This document shows, piece after piece, positions 1 through 10,226 of a stretch of DNA of 64,000 nt. Both the position numbers and the translations under genes were made by a program. Location of the stretch: positions 3,161 to 67,160 of the forward strand of contig JAJDAG010000012.1 of assembly GCA_029262005.1 (NCBI GenBank), read 5' to 3'. A model generated the notes under the pieces. That model did no database searches, was not told where the DNA came from, and saw only the letters and a program-made list of their open reading frames with translations. How positions within the stretch are numbered: position 1 is the stretch's first letter; every line of letters starts with the position of its first letter. The DNA is from Candidatus Zhuqueibacterota bacterium (GTDB lineage: Bacteria > Zhuqueibacterota > Zhuqueibacteria > Oceanimicrobiales > Oceanimicrobiaceae).

Positions 1-1
1 T

Positions 2-1492
2 GCCGGACTGGCATTATCATCTCTATATTTAACCAACTTAGCCTGCGGGCAGAAAAAATCCGGGAGCTCCAAACGTCCTAATATTTTAGTTTTGATGTCG
101 GATAACCAATATGCGTCGCATTTGGGTTGTTACGGCGACCCGGTGGTTAAGACGCCGGCCATCGATCGTATCGCCACACAGGGTGTACGATTCCAAAATG
201 CCTTTTGCGCTGCACCTTCCTGCACGCCTTCACGCGCGGGATTTCTCACCGGGCAGGACATCTGGAGACTGGAGGAAGGCGCGAACTTATGGGGAACCTT
301 GCCCAATAAATATACTACTTACACCGACCTTCTGGAACAAGCAGGCTATCTGGTCGGCTACCAGGGTAAAGGTTGGGGGCCCGGCAACTTCAATGATGGC
401 GGATACGAAAGAAATCCGGCCGGAAACAAATTTGATTCGTTTGGAAACTTCCTGCAGACGACCACAGAGACAAAGCCGTGGACTTATTGGTACTGTTCGC
501 AGGACCCGCATCGACCGTTCACTGTGGGTTCCGGTGTGGCCTCCGGCATGAGTTTGGATGATGTGGAAGTGCCGCCGTATCTGCCGGACACGAAAGAAGT
601 GCGCAGTGATATTTGTGACTACTATCACGAAATCCAAAATTTCGATAAGGATGTTTCTGCTGCGCTTGACTTGCTTGAACAAAGCGGTCAGTCTGAGAAT
701 ACCATCATCGTCATCACCAGTGATAACGGCTGGATGATGCCGCGTGGCCTTGCAAACCTTTATGATTTTGGCAGCAATGTCCCACTTATCGTTTCATGGA
801 AAGGGCATATCCCGGCGAACCGTGTTGTTACTGATTTTGCTAATCTCAATGACCTTGCCCCGACATTCCTCGAGCTTGCCGGAGTACAAATACCTGGGGA
901 AATGACTGCTAAAAGTCTAAAGCAGGTTCTTTTCTCAGACAGATCCGGAAGAGTCGAATCGGAACGAAATGTTGTTTTCACTGCCCGTGAAAGGCACGCT
1001 CTGGTTCGTAAAGATGGGCTCGGATATCCAGGCCGGGCCATCCGCACGGATGATTTTCTCTATATTCGAAATTATGAACCCGACCGCTGGCCGGCAGGTG
1101 ATCCACCGCTATTTGGCGACATCGATCTGCACATGCTGCAAGAGCCGACTCCTACAAAAGAATACATGATGCTTCACAAAGATGCTCCAAAAGTAAAGCC
1201 GCTATATGAACTCGCATTTCTTAAACGACCCGAAGAAGAGCTGTTTGATCTACGAAAAGATCCAAGCCAGATGAAAAATGTCGCTGAGGATGACGAATAT
1301 TCAGACGCAAAGAAAGAATTGTCAGCTAAACTTGATAAATATTTGAAAGACACCGGCGATCCCCGCGTGCTCGGAAAATCGGTTATCTGGGACAATACCG
1401 AGTATTACGAGAAAAATGATTATGTCGGCCAACCCCGAAAAGAAGCGCAGGAATTGTTTAATCTGAAAGCCGAATACCCTTACATGCAATAA
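2..1492 (+). CDS. S1-family sulfatase (formylglycine-dependent), 5'-partial: the reading frame is open back to the window edge and upstream residues look like a lipoprotein signal (LTNLACGQ)
   Basis: PNILVLMSDNQ...CAAPSCTPSRAGFLTGQ (C-x-P-x-R formylglycine motif); frame translated from nt 2 has no stop before the listed Met at 92. Confidence 0.85.
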   Translation, partial: AGLALSSLYLTNLACGQKKSGSSKRPNILVLMSDNQYASHLGCYGDPVVKTPAIDRIATQGVRFQNAFCAAPSCTPSRAGFLTGQDIWRLEEGANLWGTLPNKYTTYTDLLEQAGYLVGYQGKGWGPGNFNDGGYERNPAGNKFDSFGNFLQTTTETKPWTYWYCSQDPHRPFTVGSGVASGMSLDDVEVPPYLPDTKEVRSDICDYYHEIQNFDKDVSAALDLLEQSGQSENTIIVITSDNGWMMPRGLANLYDFGSNVPLIVSWKGHIPANRVVTDFANLNDLAPTFLELAGVQIPGEMTAKSLKQVLFSDRSGRVESERNVVFTARERHALVRKDGLGYPGRAIRTDDFLYIRNYEPDRWPAGDPPLFGDIDLHMLQEPTPTKEYMMLHKDAPKVKPLYELAFLKRPEEELFDLRKDPSQMKNVAEDDEYSDAKKELSAKLDKYLKDTGDPRVLGKSVIWDNTEYYEKNDYVGQPRKEAQELFNLKAEYPYMQ

Positions 1493-1498
1493 AATGTC

Positions 1499-2947
1499 AT
1501 GAAGAATATGAATCGAAGAAAATTCCTTAAATTATCCGGTTCCATTACTGCCGGCTTGACTGTTTCTGGTTTTGGATATTCGAAACACTTCCATGAAAAG
1601 AGCCTGTCGATTCAGCCTGCAGCCGCAAAACCCAATATTCTTTATATTATGACCGACCAGCAATTTGCCGGTGCCATGAGTTGCGCCGGCAATCAATTTG
1701 TCCATACTCCGGCAATGGACAGCATTGCTGAAAATGGCGTCCTGTTTGAAAAGGCCTACTGTTCAAATCCGCTATGCGTGCCTTCGCGGACAACGATGAT
1801 GACCGGCAGGATGCCGCATGAGACCGGCATTACTTTTAATGTTCATCCAAAGGAAGATTCCATACGTTTTCCGCTGATGGGTAAAATCATGTCTGAAGCA
1901 GGCTACGATTGCGGTTATGTCGGCAAGTGGCACCTTCCGGTTCCGACTTCGCAGGATGAGCGGCACGGCTTCAAAACTGTTCGGCATGCGCGCGGCAACA
2001 AGGTTGATTTCGATGCTGATATTCCAACAGCGTGTTCTGAATTTATCAACCAACAAAGGGAAACGCCGTTTCTACTGGTGGCTTCCTTTGTTAATCCGCA
2101 TGACATTTGCGAGTGGGCACGCGGTGACAAACTTAAAAATGGCGATATTCCCGAGCCTCCGCCGGCAAGCGAATGTCCGCCTCTACCTGAGAATTTTGAA
2201 ATTCCACCGCTTGAACCCGACATCTTGCGAAAAGTCATGCAAAAAAACCAGCGCACTTACCCAACAGTCAATTGGGAAACTGATCGTTGGCGGCAGTATT
2301 TATGGGCCTATTACCGGCTTATAGAAAAAGTTGATTCACATATTGGCGCTCTTTTGGAGACATTGCGAGAATCCGGACAACTTGAAAACACGGTCATTAT
2401 ATTCACCAGCGATCATGGTGACGGCTCCGGGGCACATCGCTGGAATCAGAAACAGGTGCTTTATGAAGAGTCGGTTCGTGTTCCTTTTATTATAAGCCAA
2501 AAGGGCGTGACCAAGGGGGGTAGAAAAGACGATAAACACTTGGTTTCCAACGGTCAGGACTTGCTTCCGACGTTGTGTGATTATGCAGACGTAGCTGTGC
2601 CTGCCGGTTTAAGCGGCTTTAGTGTTCGAGACTTGGCCGAAGATTCTCACCGAAGTGACTGGCGAGAGTTTCTGGTTGCTGAAACAGAGTTTGGCAATTT
2701 TGGAAAATCATTCGGCGTTACCGGCAGGATGGTGCGTACTGGAAGATTCAAATACGTTATTTATTCGGAAGGGGATTTGCGCGAGCAGTTATTCGATCTC
2801 GAAAAAGACCCGGGTGAACTTCTCAATTTAGTAGAAAGCGAAATGCATAAAAGAATACTCGAAGAACATCGTAATCGCCTCATTGCCTGGTGTCGGGAAA
2901 CGAATGATCCGTTTATTGCCAATCTGGAAAAAATCGAAATTTATTAA
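1499..2947 (+). CDS. S1-family sulfatase with Tat signal peptide
   Basis: MNRRKFLKL Tat motif; KPNILYIMTDQQ; CSNPLCVPSRTTMMTGR (CxPxR); GKWHL. Confidence 0.85.
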   Translation: MKNMNRRKFLKLSGSITAGLTVSGFGYSKHFHEKSLSIQPAAAKPNILYIMTDQQFAGAMSCAGNQFVHTPAMDSIAENGVLFEKAYCSNPLCVPSRTTMMTGRMPHETGITFNVHPKEDSIRFPLMGKIMSEAGYDCGYVGKWHLPVPTSQDERHGFKTVRHARGNKVDFDADIPTACSEFINQQRETPFLLVASFVNPHDICEWARGDKLKNGDIPEPPPASECPPLPENFEIPPLEPDILRKVMQKNQRTYPTVNWETDRWRQYLWAYYRLIEKVDSHIGALLETLRESGQLENTVIIFTSDHGDGSGAHRWNQKQVLYEESVRVPFIISQKGVTKGGRKDDKHLVSNGQDLLPTLCDYADVAVPAGLSGFSVRDLAEDSHRSDWREFLVAETEFGNFGKSFGVTGRMVRTGRFKYVIYSEGDLREQLFDLEKDPGELLNLVESEMHKRILEEHRNRLIAWCRETNDPFIANLEKIEIY

Positions 2948-2980
2948 TGCTTTATAATTAAATTTATAAATTACAAATGG

Positions 2981-3970
2981 ATGGAGGTTAAAATGAAAAA
3001 ATCATTATTAGTTTTATTTTTGCTCATGAGCATCACCATATCCCTTCAAGCCCAGAGTCTAATCGGGCACTGGAAATTCGATGGCAACGCTGAAGACGCA
3101 GTGGGTGCAGCGCACGGGACGACCCATGGCGGTATTGGCTTTGTTGAAGGGAAATTAGGTCAGGCGTTATTTTTCGATGGCATCGATGATTATGTCGATA
3201 TGGATACCGTAGCACAAATACCCGACATTATGAGCATTTCGGCCTGGGTAAAAAGTAATGAGAAGTTTCCCACTACTTTTAGCATTATTGGAAGAAATGG
3301 TCTTTCCGCTGATAACAACAAGGGTACATTGGCGACAATTCTAGGCAATGGAAAAATCCAACTGCTGCAATTTGTCGGTGGAAAGAATGCCCGGGCGTCC
3401 TCGGATTCAGTTTGGGCTTCGGATAGCCTTTGGCATCATGTGGTATTTACGCGGGACTCTATTTCAACCAAAATCTATCTGGACAACGCTAACGTAGCCG
3501 AGAAATTTGGCAGTCCGCCGTTTGACAAATCGCGAAACCCACTTGCTGTCGGCGTCGGAAAGTCCACAGTTCCGGGTGAAGATGAAGATCGGTGGGCGCT
3601 GGGCTTCATTGATGATATTCGGCTCTATGATTATGCTTTGAGTGAGAGTGAAATCGCGAATTTATTCACGGTGGTTAGCACAGTGAACAGCGAAAATGTG
3701 CCGGAAAAATTCAACTTTGCGTTGGAGAATTATCCCAATCCATTTAATCCGTCCACACATATTGTTTACACTATTCCGAAGGCCGCGACAGTGAGACTCA
3801 TTATCTACAACTTGCGGGGTCAGCAGGTGGCAGAACTTGTGAACCAGCGCCAGGCTGCCGGCGATTACAAAGTACTATTTGAAATCCACAATTTAAACAG
3901 TGGAGTCTATGTTGCGAAATTAAGTGCGGATTCTCAAATTGCCACCCGAAAAATAATGTACCTTAAGTAA
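2981..3970 (+). CDS. Secreted LamG/concanavalin-like domain protein with T9SS C-terminal sorting domain
   Basis: signal peptide; GHWKFDGNAEDAVG...GKLGQALFFDGIDDYVDM LamG-type pattern; C-terminus NYPNPFNPSTHIVYTIP...GVYVAKL...KIMYLK is a type-A T9SS tail. Confidence 0.7.
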   Translation: MEVKMKKSLLVLFLLMSITISLQAQSLIGHWKFDGNAEDAVGAAHGTTHGGIGFVEGKLGQALFFDGIDDYVDMDTVAQIPDIMSISAWVKSNEKFPTTFSIIGRNGLSADNNKGTLATILGNGKIQLLQFVGGKNARASSDSVWASDSLWHHVVFTRDSISTKIYLDNANVAEKFGSPPFDKSRNPLAVGVGKSTVPGEDEDRWALGFIDDIRLYDYALSESEIANLFTVVSTVNSENVPEKFNFALENYPNPFNPSTHIVYTIPKAATVRLIIYNLRGQQVAELVNQRQAAGDYKVLFEIHNLNSGVYVAKLSADSQIATRKIMYLK

Positions 3971-3987
3971 GAATAGCAGGAGTTGCA

Positions 3988-5574
3988 TTGGATTTTAATG
4001 AATACACCCGCCGTGATTTTTTAAAAACTCTGGGACTAGGGGCGGCCACAATGGCGTTGCCGGGGTGCCTTGGCACGACTTCACCACAGAACAGGCCGAA
4101 TATCGTGCTCATCATGGCGGACGATATGGGCTTCTCCGACTTGGGGTGCTACGGCGGTGAAATCGAAACGCCTAACCTGGATCGTCTCGCAGACAACGGC
4201 CTTCGATTTACCCATTTTTATAACGCGGCAAAGTGCTGCCCCACTCGCGCCTCGTTGCTCACGGGCTTGTACCAGCACCAGGCGGGCGTCGGCGATATGG
4301 ATCATGACCTGGGATATCCGGAGTACCAGGGGTATCTGAATGACCGCTGTGTCACCATTGCCGAGGCTTTGAAGCAAGCCGGGTATGCAACCTATATGTC
4401 AGGCAAGTGGCACATCGGCAAAGAACCGCAAAACTGGCCGCGTAAACGAGGATTTGACCGCTACTTCGGTTTAATTAATGGCGCCAACAGTTTTTGGGAG
4501 ATTCTGCCAGGAAGAACGATGGCCCTGGACGACACGCCCTGGGAACCCGACCCCGATGATGATTCCTTTTACATGACCGATGCTTTTACTGACAACGCCA
4601 TTGATTTTCTCGACACGCACCCCACTAAAGACAAACCGTTTTTTCTTTACATGGCCCACACGGCGCCGCACTGGCCCTTGCATGCCTGGCCCGAAGACAT
4701 CGCCAAATACCGGAATAAATACAAGATGGGCTGGGATGCACTGCGCAAACAGCGCCACGAACGCATGATCGAAATGGGCATCGTGGATGAAAAATGGGCG
4801 CTATCCCCGCGCCACGAGAAGGTTCCGTCGTGGGATTCGGTGGCAGATAAAGATGTGCAGGACTTGCGAATGGCAGTCTATGCGGCCATGATAGACCGCA
4901 TGGACCAGGGCATTGGCAGAGTGCTGGACAAAATCAAGCAGATGGGCGCCGAAGAGAACACGCTGGTCATGTTTTTATCGGATAATGGCGCTTCGCAGAT
5001 TATGGTCAATCGTGGTGAACCCGGCATTCCGCCAGGTCCCAAGGGTGGTTTCTGGGGTTATGATTATCCCTGGGCCAACGCCGGCAGCACGCCGTTGCGT
5101 AAGTTCAAACGCTTCGCCCACGAGGGAGGTATTTCGACCCCGCTGATTTGTTCCTGGCCAAAGGGCATTAAGCCGAAAAACCGACTGACGCACCAGGTCG
5201 GCCATATCATCGATGTCATGCCGACGGTGCTCGACATTGCCGGTATTCAGCACCCGGAAGAAAGTCATGGAAAGTCATTGCTGCCTTTGGAAGGACAAAG
5301 CCTGCTGCCTGTTTTTAAAGGCAACCAAAGCAATGAACCCAGGACCCTGTTCTGGGAGCACATGGGCCATAAGGCAGTACGGGACGGAAAATGGAAACTG
5401 GTTTTAGATCGGCATAGGCAGGTTTGGGAATTGTACGACCTGGAGGCCGACCGCACCGAATTAAATGATTTGTCTGCCCAATTCCCTGAAAAGGTTGCGG
5501 TGCTCAAAACAAAGTGGGAAACGTGGGCTGAACGCTGCGGCGTATTGCCCTGGCCGCTCGAGAAAACGAAATAA
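3988..5574 (+). CDS. Arylsulfatase (S1 family) with Tat signal; TTG start
   Basis: RRDFLKTLGLGAA Tat motif; RPNIVLIMADDMGFSDLGCYGG; AAKCCPTRASLLTG (CxPxR); SGKWHIG; AGGAG RBS 8 nt upstream of TTG. Confidence 0.85.
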   Translation: MDFNEYTRRDFLKTLGLGAATMALPGCLGTTSPQNRPNIVLIMADDMGFSDLGCYGGEIETPNLDRLADNGLRFTHFYNAAKCCPTRASLLTGLYQHQAGVGDMDHDLGYPEYQGYLNDRCVTIAEALKQAGYATYMSGKWHIGKEPQNWPRKRGFDRYFGLINGANSFWEILPGRTMALDDTPWEPDPDDDSFYMTDAFTDNAIDFLDTHPTKDKPFFLYMAHTAPHWPLHAWPEDIAKYRNKYKMGWDALRKQRHERMIEMGIVDEKWALSPRHEKVPSWDSVADKDVQDLRMAVYAAMIDRMDQGIGRVLDKIKQMGAEENTLVMFLSDNGASQIMVNRGEPGIPPGPKGGFWGYDYPWANAGSTPLRKFKRFAHEGGISTPLICSWPKGIKPKNRLTHQVGHIIDVMPTVLDIAGIQHPEESHGKSLLPLEGQSLLPVFKGNQSNEPRTLFWEHMGHKAVRDGKWKLVLDRHRQVWELYDLEADRTELNDLSAQFPEKVAVLKTKWETWAERCGVLPWPLEKTK

Positions 5575-5601
5575 CAAGTAAGGTTATGGAGGGGTTACTA
5601 A

Positions 5602-7167
5602 ATGGATAGTGCAAATCGCACACGGCGTGAGTTTTTAAAAACCATGGGTTACGGCAGCGCAGCGCTTACTCTTGCCGGAATTGGGTTGCCTGGGCTCGTC
5701 CACGCGGGAAATGATCGCCCGAATATTATTTTTATCATGTCCGATGACCACGACAGCAGCGCCATCAGCAGTTACGGTAGCAAGATTAACAAGACACCAA
5801 ACCTGGACCGGCTGGCCGACGAAGGCATGCGATTTGACAATTGTTTCTGCACCAATTCAATCTGTGCGCCCAGCCGTGCGGCAATTCTGACCGGAAAGTT
5901 CAGCCATCTAAACGGTGTCTACGACAATGTTGCCCGCTTTGACGGTTCACAGCAAACCTTCCCCAAACTCCTGCAAAAGGCCGGCTATGAAACCGCTATG
6001 ATCGGCAAGTGGCATCTCAAAAGCGCGCCCACAGGCTTCGATTACTGGAATGTGCTGCCTGGACAGGGTTCCTACTACAATCCTGAATTCATCGAGATGG
6101 GTGAGCTGAAAAGTTATGAAGGCTATGTTACGGATATTACCACCGACTTTTCTTTAAATTGGCTGAAAGGGCGCAAAAAAGAGCAGCCTTTCTGTTTGAT
6201 GTACCAGCACAAAGCGCCGCACCGCTGGTGGCAGCCCGATGCCAAACATCTCACCATGTACGATGACGTTGAGATTCCTGAGCCGCCAACCCTGTTTGAT
6301 GATTATAAAACCCGTAGCGCAGCAGCGCATGAGCAGGAAATGACCATCGCCGAGCATTTGAATGAACGCGACCTCAAACTCATTCCCCAGGCAGGATTGA
6401 ATGATGAACAACGCAAGGCCTGGGATGCGGCTTACGGTCCTAAAAACGAAGCCTTTCGCAAAGCCAATCTCGAAGGGGACGACCTGGTTCGCTGGAAATA
6501 CCAACGCTACATTAAAGACTATTTGCGCTGTGTCGCCTCGCTGGATGACAACATCGGCCGCCTGCTCGATTATCTCGACGCCTCCGGCTTAGCGGAAAAC
6601 ACGATTGTGGTTTACACCTCCGACCAGGGATTTTACCTTGGCGATCACGGCTGGTTTGACAAGCGCTTCATGTACGAACAATCCCTGCGCATGCCGCTGC
6701 TGGTGCGCTATCCGAAAAAAATTAAACCCGGCTCGGTGAACAAAGACCTGGTGATGAACGTTGATTTCGCCCCGACATTTCTGGATATGGCTGGTGTTGC
6801 CAGGCCCGAAGACATACAGGGCGAGAGCATGAAATCGATTCTGCAGGGAGAAACACCGCAGGATTGGCGCGCCTCGGTCTACTATCACTATTACGAATTT
6901 CCGAGCTGGCACATGGTGAAGCGGCATTACGGCGTGCGCACACAACGCTACAAGCTCATGCATTTCTACTATGACGTCGACGCCTGGGAGCTTTATGATT
7001 TGCAGAAGGATCCGCAGGAGCTGAACAATATTTATGACAATCCGGCTTATGCGGATGTTATTGCGGAGCTCAAAACCGAGTTAAAACGGCTGCGAAAACA
7101 ATACAACGATACAAACCTGAAAAGCGAAGAGATGATCAAAGACTATATGGAGAAGCGGAAGAAGTAG
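5602..7167 (+). CDS. S1-family sulfatase with Tat signal
   Basis: [14 protein letters not shown]; [13 protein letters not shown]; [15 protein letters not shown]; IGKWHL. Confidence 0.85.
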   Translation: MDSANRTRREFLKTMGYGSAALTLAGIGLPGLVHAGNDRPNIIFIMSDDHDSSAISSYGSKINKTPNLDRLADEGMRFDNCFCTNSICAPSRAAILTGKFSHLNGVYDNVARFDGSQQTFPKLLQKAGYETAMIGKWHLKSAPTGFDYWNVLPGQGSYYNPEFIEMGELKSYEGYVTDITTDFSLNWLKGRKKEQPFCLMYQHKAPHRWWQPDAKHLTMYDDVEIPEPPTLFDDYKTRSAAAHEQEMTIAEHLNERDLKLIPQAGLNDEQRKAWDAAYGPKNEAFRKANLEGDDLVRWKYQRYIKDYLRCVASLDDNIGRLLDYLDASGLAENTIVVYTSDQGFYLGDHGWFDKRFMYEQSLRMPLLVRYPKKIKPGSVNKDLVMNVDFAPTFLDMAGVARPEDIQGESMKSILQGETPQDWRASVYYHYYEFPSWHMVKRHYGVRTQRYKLMHFYYDVDAWELYDLQKDPQELNNIYDNPAYADVIAELKTELKRLRKQYNDTNLKSEEMIKDYMEKRKK

Positions 7168-7186
7168 GGACGTTAAGCCTCAAGAC

Positions 7187-7221
7187 AACCCTCGCAGAGT
7201 TTGAACCCCTGGAAGGGTTAC
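7187..7221. repeat. GC-rich palindromic intergenic repeat (family 1, inverted orientation relative to the other copies), 20 nt after the sulfatase stop
   Basis: AACCCTCGCAGAGTTTGAACCCCTGGAAGGGTTAC; its reverse complement aligns with the 28541 copy (AACCC-TTCCAGGGGTTCAA...GAGGGTTG). Confidence 0.5.
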
Positions 7222-7245
7222 TAAAGATACCGATGGAGAAAACCT

Positions 7246-10122
7246 ATGATAAATAAAGGAAAAATTACCTGGATACGCTGGATCAATTTTCCACTCGCAG
7301 CGCTTTTACTGGGCTTGTTCATCGCTCCAGCAACCCGCGCCACCGCTTCGGATGAGCTTGATCAGAGCCGGAAAAAGTACATGGATTGGGTGATCGGCCC
7401 GAACCTGGATTATGAAGCCGCCCCGGTTAAGCAACGCTATAATGCCTTGAAAAGCTATATCTCCCGCGCGCACCGGAACTACGCTGATTACGATTATGCT
7501 AATCCCGGCGCGGCATACGATTTAAACAATTCCACAGACTATGACGAGTTGAAAGATATATTCCAATCAGTCATCCTGCCCCTTTCTGTGAGTTACCATT
7601 TGGCGGGCCCGACCTCCGATCCGAATCCCGATTTTCACAATGCCGAAGTTTTAAACAAGATTTTGAATGTCTTTAACTATATGCATGCCAGGGGCTGGAA
7701 AAAAGGCATCGTCATCCCGCTGAAAGATGGCGTTACTCTGGATGACGATATCAATGTCTATGTTCCATTTTCAAATTCAATTCTCATGCGTTCGGCGGGA
7801 TATGCACACAGTGTTTTGATCATGCGCGACGCGTTGAAGACAGCGGGTCTTTTAGCGCGCGAGCTGGAAACCCTCGATTGGACGACGCGCCTGCTGACGC
7901 CTCCCGACCAACCCTGGGCGTTCACCCATACCGGTTTTAATACCGACGGTGTACGCACAATCGCCATTCACCGGCTGCTCTACGTTCTCGCCCAGGATGC
8001 CACCGACTCTACCCGAGTCAACAATATCCAGGCGCTGGTGGACTTTCTGGAGAATGCCCTCAGTCTTGCCAATGGCTGGGCGGATATGATCAAACCGGAT
8101 TACCTCGGTTATCATCACAAAATCGCCTACGGCAGCGCCTATGTACCGCAGGCGCTGCATTGCGCAGCGCTCACCGCCTATCTTCTGCAAGGCACCCCAT
8201 TTTCTCTGCCGGAGCAGACGCTGGAGAATATCAAAAAATCGCTTCTGGCGCACCGCCTCATCGCCAATAAATATGATATCCACGACGGCGTCACCGGGCG
8301 TTTCCCGGATAATCTCGACGGCCTGGCCAAACACCTGCCGGCCTATGCCTACATGGCGCTGGCGACTGAGCCCATCGACACCGAGATGGCCGCTGCGTTT
8401 ATGCGATTGTGGCAGCCCGGATATTCAAGCGTGCAATCGAAACTTTTTAAACAAGTGAAAAGCACTATCAGTTATTTTCATACCATGGGTTCTCTCGATA
8501 TTATGTTGCAGCTTGCGCAGCAAGGAATTGCCGCCGAACCGGATCCCGCCGGTCACTGGGTAAAACCTTATGCCGCCATGTCCATTCACCGCCGCGATGA
8601 CTGGATGGTGGCTGTGAAAGGCTACAGTAAGTACATGCTGAGTTATGAACAATCTGACGACGAGAATGTTTACGGGCGCTATTTCAGCTATGGCTTCATG
8701 AAAATATTGTCGCAGGGAAATCCGGTTAACAGCGAAGCCAGCGGCTTTATCGAAGATGGCTGGGATTGGAAACGCCTGCCGGGCGTTACGGCGATCAATG
8801 TGCCGTTGAGCCAGTTAAAAGGCGACGAGCCACACGGTGATCGCAAATTTACCGACCAGTCCTTTGCCGGTGGCGTGAGCTTGTCAGGCAAACACGGCGT
8901 CTTCGCGATGAAACACTTTGACGTTAACTCAAACAGCCAAATGCGCGCCAATAAATCGATGTTTTTTTTCGATAACCAGATCGTTTGCCTGGGTTCGAAT
9001 ATCATCAACGGCAGCAGCTTCAACCAGACAGAGACGACACTGTTTCAAAGTCATCTCGCTTCTCGCACCACGCCGAACAATGTGGACGCACAAGAAATCA
9101 CTGCTTTCCCGTATGATTATGCCGCTGACGGTTCGGAGGCTATTTGGCTGACCGATCCCGTTGGCAACGGCTATTATTTGCCAAATCGAGAAGGCGTGCA
9201 TGTCCTGCGTTCGACGCAGGAATCCCGAGACAACGGTGACAAGGGCACGACCAGAGAGAACTTCGCCACAGCCTGGATCGACCATGGCAAAAAACTTGAA
9301 AACGCAGCGTACGAGTATGTCGTCCTGGTCAAAAGCACACCGGAGGAGGTGCAGGATTTTGCCCAAAACGCGTCAGCGCAGTACACGGTTTTGCAGCGGG
9401 ATAGCAGCGCCCACATCGTGCGGCACGAGCAACTCGGACTGACGGGCTACGCCCTGTTTCAGGCGCATGCAAGCCTTGAAGTTGAAGGCGATTTGCAAGC
9501 AACCGACACGCCGAGTCTGGTTATGACGAAAAGCGAGCCTGGTAAACTGACCGTGAGTGTCTGCAATCCTGATTTCGGCTGGCTTGCTGAAGACCAATTT
9601 ATTGTCTTTGACAACCTCAGCAAAAACAATAATCTTGAATTATTAAATACACCTTCCAAAGTTTTGCCGGTGCAGATTACATTGAAAGGCGTGTGGAGGC
9701 TCGATAGCCAGGCGGACAACGTTCGCATTCTCGAAAGTGACAGCGACAAAACAGTCGTACAATTTGACTGTTTTGACGCCCAAAGTGTCGAAGCGCAATT
9801 GGTTGGCCAAACTACCGGGGTTGTGGATGACTCTAAAAGCATACCTGAAAACTACATCAGCACCAATTACCCGAACCCATTTAACCCGGCAACAACCATT
9901 GAATACTCCGTTCAACAGTCGGGATTTGTCTCAATAAAAATTTATGCCGTTAACGGTAGATTGGTTCAAATTCTTGTTGCTGAGAAAAAACATGCGGGTC
10001 AACACACCGCTGTTTGGGATGGGAAAAATGTAAATGGGAAAACCGTCAGCAGTGGTTCGTATTTCTATCAAATAAAGGGCGACAGTTTCACCGCAACAAA
10101 AAAAATGCTTTTTATTAAATAA
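7246..10122 (+). CDS. Polysaccharide lyase family 8-like (chondroitin AC/hyaluronate/xanthan lyase fold) secreted through T9SS
   Basis: signal peptide; NGWADMIKPDYLGYHHKIAYGSAY reproduces the PL8 catalytic His-x3-(A)Y-x2-AY spacing (compare HTNVAYTGAY of hyaluronate lyase); C-terminal NYPNPFNPATTIEYSV...GSYFYQIKG...KKMLFIK T9SS tail. Confidence 0.7.
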   Translation: MINKGKITWIRWINFPLAALLLGLFIAPATRATASDELDQSRKKYMDWVIGPNLDYEAAPVKQRYNALKSYISRAHRNYADYDYANPGAAYDLNNSTDYDELKDIFQSVILPLSVSYHLAGPTSDPNPDFHNAEVLNKILNVFNYMHARGWKKGIVIPLKDGVTLDDDINVYVPFSNSILMRSAGYAHSVLIMRDALKTAGLLARELETLDWTTRLLTPPDQPWAFTHTGFNTDGVRTIAIHRLLYVLAQDATDSTRVNNIQALVDFLENALSLANGWADMIKPDYLGYHHKIAYGSAYVPQALHCAALTAYLLQGTPFSLPEQTLENIKKSLLAHRLIANKYDIHDGVTGRFPDNLDGLAKHLPAYAYMALATEPIDTEMAAAFMRLWQPGYSSVQSKLFKQVKSTISYFHTMGSLDIMLQLAQQGIAAEPDPAGHWVKPYAAMSIHRRDDWMVAVKGYSKYMLSYEQSDDENVYGRYFSYGFMKILSQGNPVNSEASGFIEDGWDWKRLPGVTAINVPLSQLKGDEPHGDRKFTDQSFAGGVSLSGKHGVFAMKHFDVNSNSQMRANKSMFFFDNQIVCLGSNIINGSSFNQTETTLFQSHLASRTTPNNVDAQEITAFPYDYAADGSEAIWLTDPVGNGYYLPNREGVHVLRSTQESRDNGDKGTTRENFATAWIDHGKKLENAAYEYVVLVKSTPEEVQDFAQNASAQYTVLQRDSSAHIVRHEQLGLTGYALFQAHASLEVEGDLQATDTPSLVMTKSEPGKLTVSVCNPDFGWLAEDQFIVFDNLSKNNNLELLNTPSKVLPVQITLKGVWRLDSQADNVRILESDSDKTVVQFDCFDAQSVEAQLVGQTTGVVDDSKSIPENYISTNYPNPFNPATTIEYSVQQSGFVSIKIYAVNGRLVQILVAEKKHAGQHTAVWDGKNVNGKTVSSGSYFYQIKGDSFTATKKMLFIK

Positions 10123-10141
10123 AGTGGTTTTTAAACCATGA

Positions 10142-10200
10142 TAACTGAAACAAAGATATTGAGTTATTGCAAACGCATTATAAATATACGGTTTCAGTTA
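10142..10200. promoter_or_regulatory. Perfect 10-bp inverted repeat TAACTGAAAC-N39-GTTTCAGTTA upstream of the MFS/ROK genes (candidate operator)
   Basis: read directly in the 104-bp gap before the GTG start at 10227; RBS AAGGATGGAG follows. Confidence 0.4.
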
Positions 10201-10226
10201 GTCACTAAACAAAGGATGGAGATCAA

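Noticed and set aside
111-1395. Many 60-150-aa ORFs in alternative frames or on the opposite strand inside the sulfatase, lyase and other long genes (for example 111-551, 287-682, 8929-9366, 13465-14001, 14317-15042, 21977-22624, 25590-26333).
   Set aside because: They are fully embedded in long ORFs with strong family motifs. They have no RBS or independent motif support and are typical shadow ORFs of 50%-GC DNA.
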